From Acidobacteriota bacterium (lineage in GTDB: Bacteria; Acidobacteriota; UBA890; WLXD01): 64,000 bases of DNA. Positions within the stretch are counted from its first letter, which is position 1. Every line of letters starts with the position of its first letter. The notes below the pieces were generated by a model. That model ran no database searches and had not been told where the DNA came from. It saw only the letters and a program-made list of their open reading frames with translations. Positions 29,847 to 37,492 of this stretch are shown one piece after another. Location: positions 4,928,001 to 4,992,000 of the forward strand of contig CBDFKD010000002.1 in the NCBI GenBank assembly GCA_965248695.1. Direction: 5' to 3'. Position numbers and translations under genes: made by a program.

Positions 29847-30035
29847 TTTGACAACTACCAAGCCGGGCCTGTGATTTGACAACTACCAAGCCGGGCCTGT
29901 GATTTGACAACTACCAAGCCGGGCCTGTGATTTGACAACTACCAAGCCGGGCCTGTGATTCGACGACTACCAAGCCGGGTCTTTGATTCGACGACTACCA
30001 GGCCGGACCGGTGATCTGAGGATTACCGGGCCGGG
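29834..30035. repeat. Tandem array of 7 x 28 bp plus a partial unit, unit GCCGGGCCTGTGATTTGACAACTACCAA
   Basis: Units start at 29834, 29862, 29890 and 29918 (identical), 29946 (2 differences), 29974 (5) and 30002 (8). No spacers. Confidence 0.95.
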
Positions 30036-30063
30036 TTGCAAACTGTCATAGGAGGGAAACAGC

Positions 30064-30648
30064 GTGCTGATGATTCGCTTGCGCCGCGCCGGCGCCAAGA
30101 AGGATCCGCACTATCGAGTTGTCGTTGCCGACCGGGCTGCGAGCCGCGACGGTCCGTTTCTGGAGATCCTCGGCCACTATCATCCGCGTCAGCGGCCGGC
30201 GGAGATCCACTTCGATATGGAGCGGATTGAAACATGGCTGGGCCAAGGCGCTCGCATGAGCGACACGGTGCGCAGCCTCTACCGGAGGGTTCTCTCCGGT
30301 CGCGTGGAGGAGGTGCCCGAGGCGCCTGCCGCTGCGCCGGAGCCGGCTCCCGGCGATGCCGAGCTGGAGGCTGCCGCAGAGGTCGAGGCGGAAGCCGAAC
30401 CGGAGGCCGTCGCGAGCACCGAGGCCGAGGAAGCACCGTCCGATAGCGACGCAGCCGCCGACGACACCGACGCAGCCGCCGCCGACACCGACGCCGCTGA
30501 CGACGCTGACGACGACGACACCGCAGGCACAGCCCCCGAGGGCGACGCGCCAGGTGAGGAAGCTTCCGAGGACGACGCCAAAGATGACGACGCCACCGGT
30601 GACGAAGATTCCGACAAGGAATCCGGCAAGGAATCCGACAAAGCCTGA
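30064..30648 (+). CDS. rpsP: 30S ribosomal protein S16 with long acidic C-terminal extension
   Basis: IRL.R.G.KK.P.YRVVVAD…RDG..LE.LG.Y.P, WL.QGA..SDTV; AGGAGG RBS upstream. Confidence 0.96.
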   Translation: MLMIRLRRAGAKKDPHYRVVVADRAASRDGPFLEILGHYHPRQRPAEIHFDMERIETWLGQGARMSDTVRSLYRRVLSGRVEEVPEAPAAAPEPAPGDAELEAAAEVEAEAEPEAVASTEAEEAPSDSDAAADDTDAAAADTDAADDADDDDTAGTAPEGDAPGEEASEDDAKDDDATGDEDSDKESGKESDKA

Positions 30649-30728
30649 GCACGAGCGCTGGCGTATGCCAGCCTGATCGCCACCACCACGAACTGACGAC
30701 GAACACCGCTGATTAAGAGGTGCGATCG

Positions 30729-30965
30729 ATGAATCTCAAGCAGATGATCGAAGAGGTAGCCCGGGCCCTGGTCGACAACCCCGACGAAGTGGTCGTCACC
30801 GAAGTGCAGGGCGAGCAGACGACCGTCCTGGAGCTCCGTGTGGCCCAGACTGACCTCGGCAAGGTGATCGGTAAGCAGGGCCGCACCGCGCGCGCCATGC
30901 GCACGCTGCTCGCAGCTGCCGGAATGAAGCACGAGATGCGCGCGGTTCTCGAGATCCTCGAATAG
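30729..30965 (+). CDS. khpA: KH-domain RNA-binding protein (KhpA/YlqC family)
   Basis: [23 protein letters not shown]; usual position between rpsP and rimM. Confidence 0.92.
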   Translation: MNLKQMIEEVARALVDNPDEVVVTEVQGEQTTVLELRVAQTDLGKVIGKQGRTARAMRTLLAAAGMKHEMRAVLEILE

Positions 30966-30971
30966 AACCCG

Positions 30972-31502
30972 ATGCACGCCGAGCCCGATCTGGTTCGGGT
31001 GGGTCAGGTAGTCAAGCCGCACGGCCTTCGTGGCGAGCTCGTGATCGCCGCGTTCGGTGGCACCCTGGCCTCGCTGCCGAGTTCGGTGCAGCTGTGGATC
31101 GGGAACCGGCCGTACGCGGTCGTTTCGACGCGACCGCACCAGGGCCGATTTCTGATAACCGTCGACGGGTGTGGTGATCGCGACGCCGCTGAACGGCTGC
31201 GCGGGGATCATGTCGAGGTGGAGCGTGGCTACCTGGCCGACCTGCGCGGCAGCGAGTGGTACGTCGATGATCTCGTCGGCTATCAGCTGCAGGACGCCAC
31301 CGACGGTGGCGAGGGACGCATCACGGCAGTCGTCGAGGGTGGCCCGCACGACCTGCTCGAGGTCGCCTGGGGTGACGGTGACACGGTCCTCATCCCGATG
31401 GTGCGGGAGTGGTTCGTCAGCGCCGATCCGGCTGCCCGGCTGATTGTCGTGCGCCTGCCGGACGGATTGCTCGAGGCGAACGTGCCACGGCGGCATTGTT
31501 GA
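30972..31502 (+). CDS. rimM: 16S rRNA processing protein RimM
   Basis: VG.VVKPHGLRGE, DRDAAE.LRG, WYVDDLVG, LIPMV. Confidence 0.93.
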   Translation: MHAEPDLVRVGQVVKPHGLRGELVIAAFGGTLASLPSSVQLWIGNRPYAVVSTRPHQGRFLITVDGCGDRDAAERLRGDHVEVERGYLADLRGSEWYVDDLVGYQLQDATDGGEGRITAVVEGGPHDLLEVAWGDGDTVLIPMVREWFVSADPAARLIVVRLPDGLLEANVPRRHC

Positions 31503-31503
31503 G

Positions 31504-32274
31504 ATGGGGCTACGGTTCGACATCATCACGATCTTCCCGGAGATGTTTCCGGGTCCGCTCGCCGGAGGGGTGCTAGGCCGGGCGCTGGCGAGAGACTTGT
31601 TCTCCATCCAGATGCACGATCTACGCGCCTTCGCCGACTTGCCCCACCGCCAGGTCGACGACGAGCCGTTTGGCGGCGGCGCCGGCATGGTCTACAAGCC
31701 CGAGCCTCTGTATCGCGCCATCGACCAGGTTGCTTCCGAGCTGCGAGCGAGCCAGGTCGGAGCAGGCCCGGTCGTGCTGCTCACGCCGCAGGGTCGCCGT
31801 CTCGATCACCGGCTGGTGCAGGAACTGGCGGGCGCCGAACAGCTGACGCTGGTGTGCGGTCGCTATGAGGGCGTCGACGAGCGTGTGCGCCAGCATCGCA
31901 TCGATATGGAGCTGTCGATCGGTGACTACGTGCTCACCGGCGGCGAGCTGCCGGCGATGGTACTCATCGAGTCGGTCGTGCGCTGGCTGCCGGAAGCTCT
32001 CGGGGATCCGGACTCGGCGCGCCATGATTCGTTCGTCGAGGGCATACTCGACCACCCTCACTATACGCGTCCGGCCGAGTATCGCGGCTTGCGGGTACCC
32101 GATGTGTTGCGGTCTGGGGATCACGCCGCGGTGCGTCGCTGGAGACGGCAAGAGGCACTGTGCAACACGGCGCTGAAACGCCCGGATCTACTCGAAGGCA
32201 TGGAGCTCGATGCTGCGGATCGGCGCTTCCTCGACGACCTCCGTAAGGGCGGTGAGGGCGACCGCGAGAAGTAG
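31504..32274 (+). CDS. trmD: tRNA (guanine-N1)-methyltransferase
   Basis: TIFPEMF, VDD.PFGGGAGMV, CGRYEGVDER, SIGDYVLTGGE, YTRP, SGDH. Confidence 0.98.
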   Translation: MGLRFDIITIFPEMFPGPLAGGVLGRALARDLFSIQMHDLRAFADLPHRQVDDEPFGGGAGMVYKPEPLYRAIDQVASELRASQVGAGPVVLLTPQGRRLDHRLVQELAGAEQLTLVCGRYEGVDERVRQHRIDMELSIGDYVLTGGELPAMVLIESVVRWLPEALGDPDSARHDSFVEGILDHPHYTRPAEYRGLRVPDVLRSGDHAAVRRWRRQEALCNTALKRPDLLEGMELDAADRRFLDDLRKGGEGDREK

Positions 32275-32348
32275 CCTACTGCGGTACAATACCGCCCGAC
32301 GCGCCGGCCAGCTGCGGCCCTCATCTCGACCGACCGGCGCAGGAGTGA

Positions 32349-32708
32349 ATGACCATGACAATGGAACTACTGAACGCCGTCGACGCTCCCCACATGCGCG
32401 ACGACCGGCCGGATTTTTCCGCTGGCGACACGGTCAAGGTGCACCTTCGCGTCATCGAGGGGAACAAGCAGCGGATCCAGGTATTCGAAGGCGTGGTGAT
32501 CGGCCGGCGCGGAAGTCGCACGAACGCCAGCTTCACCGTTCGCAAGATCTCCTCGGGCATCGGTGTAGAGCGCATCTTCCCGCTGCACTCGCCGAACGTC
32601 GAGAAGATCGAAGTGGTCCGGCTGGGCAAGGTGCGACGCGCCAAGCTCTACTACCTTCGCGAATTGCGTGGCAAGGCTGCTCGGATCAAGGAAAAGCGCG
32701 CCCGCTGA
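32349..32708 (+). CDS. rplS: 50S ribosomal protein L19
   Basis: [38 protein letters not shown]. Confidence 0.98.
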   Translation: MTMTMELLNAVDAPHMRDDRPDFSAGDTVKVHLRVIEGNKQRIQVFEGVVIGRRGSRTNASFTVRKISSGIGVERIFPLHSPNVEKIEVVRLGKVRRAKLYYLRELRGKAARIKEKRAR

Positions 32709-32733
32709 GCCCGCACCGCCGCAACCTGTGGCG

Positions 32734-33333
32734 ATGGAGCCATTCGAGGCGGAGCTGCGCCGCGGCGGGGCGAAACACGTTGCCGGTATCGATGAGGTCG
32801 GGCGTGGTGCGCTGTTCGGACCGGTGCTCGCAGCCGCCGTCGTTCTCGACTCCGACGCTCCGGTCGTCGGGCTCAATGACTCCAAGCAGCTGAGCGCCGT
32901 TCAGCGGCTCGAGCTGTTCTTGCAGCTACAGGAACACGCCGTCGACTGGGCAGTAGGTCTGGCGTCGGCCCCGGAGATCGATCGCATCAACATTCTGCGC
33001 GCCTCGCGGCTCGCCATGGTGAGGGCCGTTCGGGGTTTGCGAACCTGCCCCGATCACTTGCTCATCGACGCCCTCGAGCTGGACGAGCTCGACATCCCAC
33101 AAACGCCGATCATCAAGGGCGACGCACGCTGCCGGTCGATCGCGGCAGCCTCGATCATCGCCAAGTGTGTTCGAGACGCCCTGATCCGGCAATATGGCAG
33201 GACCATTCGGGGCTACGGCCTGAGCCGCAACATGGGCTACGCGACTGCCGAGCATCGGGAAGCGATCATGAGCCGCGGGTTTTCGGAGATCCACAGACGG
33301 ACGTTCCGTGTCCAGGGGACCCTGCCCTTCTAG
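32734..33333 (+). CDS. rnhB: Ribonuclease HII
   Basis: GIDEVGRG, DSK.L, EIDRINI, KGD…SIAAASIIAK, HRRTF. Start approximate. Confidence 0.96.
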   Translation: MEPFEAELRRGGAKHVAGIDEVGRGALFGPVLAAAVVLDSDAPVVGLNDSKQLSAVQRLELFLQLQEHAVDWAVGLASAPEIDRINILRASRLAMVRAVRGLRTCPDHLLIDALELDELDIPQTPIIKGDARCRSIAAASIIAKCVRDALIRQYGRTIRGYGLSRNMGYATAEHREAIMSRGFSEIHRRTFRVQGTLPF

Positions 33334-33455
33334 CAGGACGCACAACCGCGGCGGGTCCGGGTACTGGCAGCTATGCGTGAGAGCAGGGAGCGACGACAGG
33401 GCGATGACGAGACACGGGCGGCAACAACCGTGCTAGGCGCGGCGAGGACGACAGC

Positions 33456-35468
33456 TTGCTGAATACCATGAGGGCGCGCGTCGCGGAGGCGATCCGGAAG
33501 GCGGTGGTGGATGTCTCCGGCGCGGATACCGACCTACCCCACGTCGAGGATCCGCCACGGCCCGAGATGGGTGATCTCGCGTGCGCCGTTGCGCTGCAAC
33601 TGTCCAAGACGCTGGGACGCAACCCGCGTGAGGTGGCGCAGCAGCTCATCGATCGGCTTGACGACGCTGCGGTCCCCGGCGTGTCGTCGTGGAGCATTGC
33701 CGGCCCCGGATTCCTGAACGCCCATCTCGATCGCGGACCGGCCTTGCTGACGCTTGTCGACGGCCTCGGCGCCGAGCAGCCGGAGGCGCGCAGCGAGAAG
33801 ATCTTGATCGAGCACACCAGCGTCAACCCGAACAAGGCGGCGCACGTCGGACACCTGCGGAACGCCTGCATGGGCGACACGCTCGCCCGGATCCATGCGG
33901 CCGTAGGGCACCCTGTCGAGATCCACAACTACATCGACGACACCGGCGTCCAGGTCGCCGATGTCGTCATCGGTTTCCTCGACCTCCGCGGCCTGTCGCC
34001 CGACGAGGTCCGGGAGCTCCCCGAGCCGTTCGACTACCTCTGCTGGGACCTCTATACCGACGTCAGCACACGTCTGCAGAGCGACGAGGCGCTGACTGAA
34101 CGGCGCCGTGAAGTGCTGCTGGCGCTCGAGGAAGGAGACACCGTCGAGGCCGAGATGGGACGTGTGGTCGCCGAGCGGATCGTCACGCGCCATCTGTTGA
34201 CGATGGGCCGCATGGGGATCGAGTACGACCTGCTGGTGAGCGAGGGAGACATCCTGGATCTCGATCTGTGGTCTGAGGCGTTCGAGCGTCTCAAGTCCAG
34301 CCCGCAGGTTACCTACGTGGAGGACGGCAAGCACACCGGTTGCTGGGTGTTGCGACTGAGCTCGACGGAAGGCTTCGAGCAGCTCGAGGAGGCCGACAAG
34401 GTGCTCGTCCGGTCCAACGGCACGGCGACCTACGTGGCCAAGGATATCGCCCACCACTTCTGGAAATACGGGCTCCTGGAACGCGATTTCCGCTACGAGA
34501 TCGTGCCCGGGAGCGCCACCAAGAGCGACGGCACGCGCGTCTGGCGAACGACGTCGGGGGACGGCTCGGAGGGACCCTTCGGTCACGCTGGCCGGGCCAT
34601 CTCGGTGATCGATGTCCGGCAGTCGTACTTGCAGTCGATCGTCGAGCAAGCGTTTTACCTGATCGGCGAGGATGACGCTGGTGCCAGCTTTACGCATTTC
34701 GACTACGAGATGGTGGCTCTTTCACCGGCAACCGCCAGAGCGCTCGGCATCCCGACCGACGCCGCTAGCGCAGAGACGGATTCCGAGGAGCGGCAGTTCG
34801 TGGAGATGTCCGGTCGTCGCGGATACGGCGTCAAGGCGGACGACCTCCTGGATGAGCTGATTCGCCGGGCCACCGCCGAGGTAGCGAGCCGCAACGAGCA
34901 ACTGGCGCCAGACGTTCAGGTGGCGATCGGTACACAGATCGCCGTCGGCGCGGCCCGCTATCTGCTGCTCCGGTACGCGCGCAACACGGTCATCGTCTTC
35001 GACCTGGACGACGCACTCAGCTTCGAGGGCGAGACCGGACCGTATATCCAGTACGCCGCGGTGCGGGCGGCACGGATCTTCGACAGGCTTTCGGAGCGTC
35101 TCGACACGGACGTATCCACCGCGTTGGAGGCGGCACTGCGTGGCGACGAGAGCCCGATGAGCTTCGACCGCGCGGCGATGAGCGCGCGGCTACAGGCAGA
35201 CGACGGACAGCTCTGGAGTCTGGTCCTGGCGCTGGGCCGGTACGAGGAGGTTCTGAGCCAGACAATCAGCTCGCTCGAGATCTCGACCCTGGCACGCTAC
35301 GCCTTTACCCTGGCGCAGCATTTCAGCCGTTTCTACCACGGATATCCCATTCTGCAGGCGGACAACGAGGAGGATCGCGCCCTGCGAATCCTCGTCGCCT
35401 ACGCTTTTCAGAAGCGACTGGCGACGCTGCTGGACCTGCTCGGGATACCGTTACCCGAACGCATGTAG
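33456..35468 (+). CDS. argS: Arginine--tRNA ligase
   Basis: GPGFLN, EHTSVNPNKAAHVGHLRN, MSGRRG, FEGETGPYIQYA, C-terminal ERM. Confidence 0.95.
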   Translation: MLNTMRARVAEAIRKAVVDVSGADTDLPHVEDPPRPEMGDLACAVALQLSKTLGRNPREVAQQLIDRLDDAAVPGVSSWSIAGPGFLNAHLDRGPALLTLVDGLGAEQPEARSEKILIEHTSVNPNKAAHVGHLRNACMGDTLARIHAAVGHPVEIHNYIDDTGVQVADVVIGFLDLRGLSPDEVRELPEPFDYLCWDLYTDVSTRLQSDEALTERRREVLLALEEGDTVEAEMGRVVAERIVTRHLLTMGRMGIEYDLLVSEGDILDLDLWSEAFERLKSSPQVTYVEDGKHTGCWVLRLSSTEGFEQLEEADKVLVRSNGTATYVAKDIAHHFWKYGLLERDFRYEIVPGSATKSDGTRVWRTTSGDGSEGPFGHAGRAISVIDVRQSYLQSIVEQAFYLIGEDDAGASFTHFDYEMVALSPATARALGIPTDAASAETDSEERQFVEMSGRRGYGVKADDLLDELIRRATAEVASRNEQLAPDVQVAIGTQIAVGAARYLLLRYARNTVIVFDLDDALSFEGETGPYIQYAAVRAARIFDRLSERLDTDVSTALEAALRGDESPMSFDRAAMSARLQADDGQLWSLVLALGRYEEVLSQTISSLEISTLARYAFTLAQHFSRFYHGYPILQADNEEDRALRILVAYAFQKRLATLLDLLGIPLPERM

Positions 35469-35541
35469 GGCGCGTTCTTGCCGCTTGCCGACATACCGGA
35501 GCGGTCCGCCGGCCGGACGCCGTTAGCAGGCTCGGGCATCG

Positions 35542-35571
35542 TTGTGCCTCCGGAGCGGCCCCTGCTAGCAT
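35542..35571 (+). promoter_or_regulatory. Putative promoter of the S55 peptidase module
   Basis: TTGTGC-N18-TAGCAT with extended -10 TG; would imply a start at ATG 35606. Confidence 0.4.
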
Positions 35572-37441
35572 GAAACACCTCCCGCCAACCCGATCTCCGA
35601 GCGTCATGATCCCAGTGCGTCTTCTCAGCACCTGCGTCGCAGCTCTTGCGATGGCCGCCGCCGGCGGCACGGCGCTGGCAGCGGTGTCGCAAGCACAGGC
35701 CCTGACGGAAGCGACCACAGAGCTGATGGGCGTCTCCGAGTTGCGTGTGGGCATGGTTGGAACCGGGTACACGGTGGTGCGCGGCACCGACCCGGAGAGC
35801 TTCAACGCCGAGATCCTGGGCGTGCTGCACGACGTTTTCCCGAAGCGCGACCTGATCGTTGCCCGCCTCACCGGTCTCGGTCTGGAGCGCGCCGGCGTCG
35901 TGGCCGGCATGAGCGGCAGCCCGGTCTATGTTGACGGCCGCCTGATCGGCGCCGTGGCGTATCGGTTGGTGAACTTCGGGCACGAGGCGGTTGCCGGCAT
36001 CGTTCCGATCGGGGACATGCTGGCGGTATCGGCGCTCGAATCCGATGCCCAACGGACGTCGGATTCGGCGGATGTCTCACCGGAGATCGTCTTGCGGGCC
36101 GCGGCCGAGCTGCTGACCGGCGCCAGCAGCGCCGAGGCGTTGTTGCCGCTGCAGGGTGTCATGCAGGGCATACGACCGATCTCGACCCCGGTTGCGATCG
36201 GCGGCCTGGCACCGGCGCTCGTCGGCAGCATGCGGCCCCTGTTCGATGCTCTTGGCTGGGCCCCGACGATCGGTGGAACCGCCGGGTCGAGGGAGATCGA
36301 CGCCAACCTCGAACCGGGCGGCGTAGTGGCCGTCCAGCTGGTGCGCGGCGACATCAACATCACCGCCTCCGGGACGATCACGTACCGCGACGGCGATCGC
36401 CTGCTGGCCTTCGGCCACCCGTTCCTGCAGGGCGGCAGCGTGGATTTTCCGATGGTCCCGGCCGAGGTCATCACCGTGCTCAGCAGTGCTCAGGCTTCCT
36501 CGAAGCTGACCGCAGCCGCGGATCAGGTCGTCGGAGCAGTGCGGCAGGATCGTCAGGCGGCCATCCTCGGGATCATCGGCGAACGATCGCGAATGATCCC
36601 GGTGCACACGACAATCCGAGAGGGCGACAAGACGGAGGATCTCGATTTCGAGATCGTCGCCGACCGACTCATCACGCCGCTTTACCTGTTCTTCGGTCTG
36701 GTCAGCGGGGTGCAGAGCCTTGACCGTACCTTCGGTGAAGGGTCCATAGAGGTCGATGCCCGCATCGACGTTGGTGGTGGGCTCGAGCCGGTGCAGTTCG
36801 ACAACCTGTTCTCCTCGCCCAACCAGGCGATCATCTCGCTGGCATCGACCCTGGCAGGTGTGTTCGGAGCGCTGTACGACAACGCCTTCGAGCCAGTCGA
36901 GGTGCGCGCGATCGATCTCAACATCGGTCTGAGACAGGATCGCAAGAGCGCCACCATCGGTCGGGTCTGGTATGACCGCGCCACCGTACGCCCGGGGGAG
37001 ACGGTGACGGTTAGCGTGGCGCTGAAGCCTTTCCGCGAGCCGGAAGTGCTGGAGCACATCGAGTTCACGGTGCCTGCCGGCACGCCTGCGGGCCCCATCA
37101 CGCTGGTCGTCGGCGATGCGGCGTCGATCGACCAACAAGAGGCGAGCGGAATCCGTGGCACGAACCAGCCCCGTAGCCTCGCCCACGTGCTACGCCTCTT
37201 GAACAAGATGCGGCGCAGCGATCGCCTGTACCTGCAAGCGACGCGCTCGGCTGCCGGTGCGCTGGTCAACGGCGAGGCGATGCCGGCGTTGCCGCCCTCG
37301 GTGCTGCAGGTGTTGACCTCCGAACAGGCTAGAGGAGACGTCGTCCGACTCGATCGCGCGGTGATCCTCGAGACCGTACGGCCGGTCGACTACGTGGTCA
37401 GTGGCTCCCACAAGATCGAGCTTCAGGTGCGGAACCACTAG
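35570..37441 (+). CDS. Secreted SpoIVB-like peptidase S55 domain protein
   Basis: Signal-like N-terminus; GVVAGMSGSPVYVDGRLIGAVA (Ser motif) and LAFGHPF (His motif). Start at 35570 or 35606. Confidence 0.85.
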   Translation: MKHLPPTRSPSVMIPVRLLSTCVAALAMAAAGGTALAAVSQAQALTEATTELMGVSELRVGMVGTGYTVVRGTDPESFNAEILGVLHDVFPKRDLIVARLTGLGLERAGVVAGMSGSPVYVDGRLIGAVAYRLVNFGHEAVAGIVPIGDMLAVSALESDAQRTSDSADVSPEIVLRAAAELLTGASSAEALLPLQGVMQGIRPISTPVAIGGLAPALVGSMRPLFDALGWAPTIGGTAGSREIDANLEPGGVVAVQLVRGDINITASGTITYRDGDRLLAFGHPFLQGGSVDFPMVPAEVITVLSSAQASSKLTAAADQVVGAVRQDRQAAILGIIGERSRMIPVHTTIREGDKTEDLDFEIVADRLITPLYLFFGLVSGVQSLDRTFGEGSIEVDARIDVGGGLEPVQFDNLFSSPNQAIISLASTLAGVFGALYDNAFEPVEVRAIDLNIGLRQDRKSATIGRVWYDRATVRPGETVTVSVALKPFREPEVLEHIEFTVPAGTPAGPITLVVGDAASIDQQEASGIRGTNQPRSLAHVLRLLNKMRRSDRLYLQATRSAAGALVNGEAMPALPPSVLQVLTSEQARGDVVRLDRAVILETVRPVDYVVSGSHKIELQVRNH

Positions 37442-37492
37442 ACCGACAACGTGGCGCTCGGCGCGACGTGACCCGGTCAGAAGGGAGGAAGC

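Noticed and set aside
29834-30035. CRISPR array
   Set aside because: The 28-bp units are contiguous with no unique spacers, and there are no cas genes in the window.
33334-33455. T-box leader upstream of argS (also checked asnS, valS, hisS)
   Set aside because: The gaps are too short and contain no T-box GGTGGNACC sequence or U-tailed terminator.
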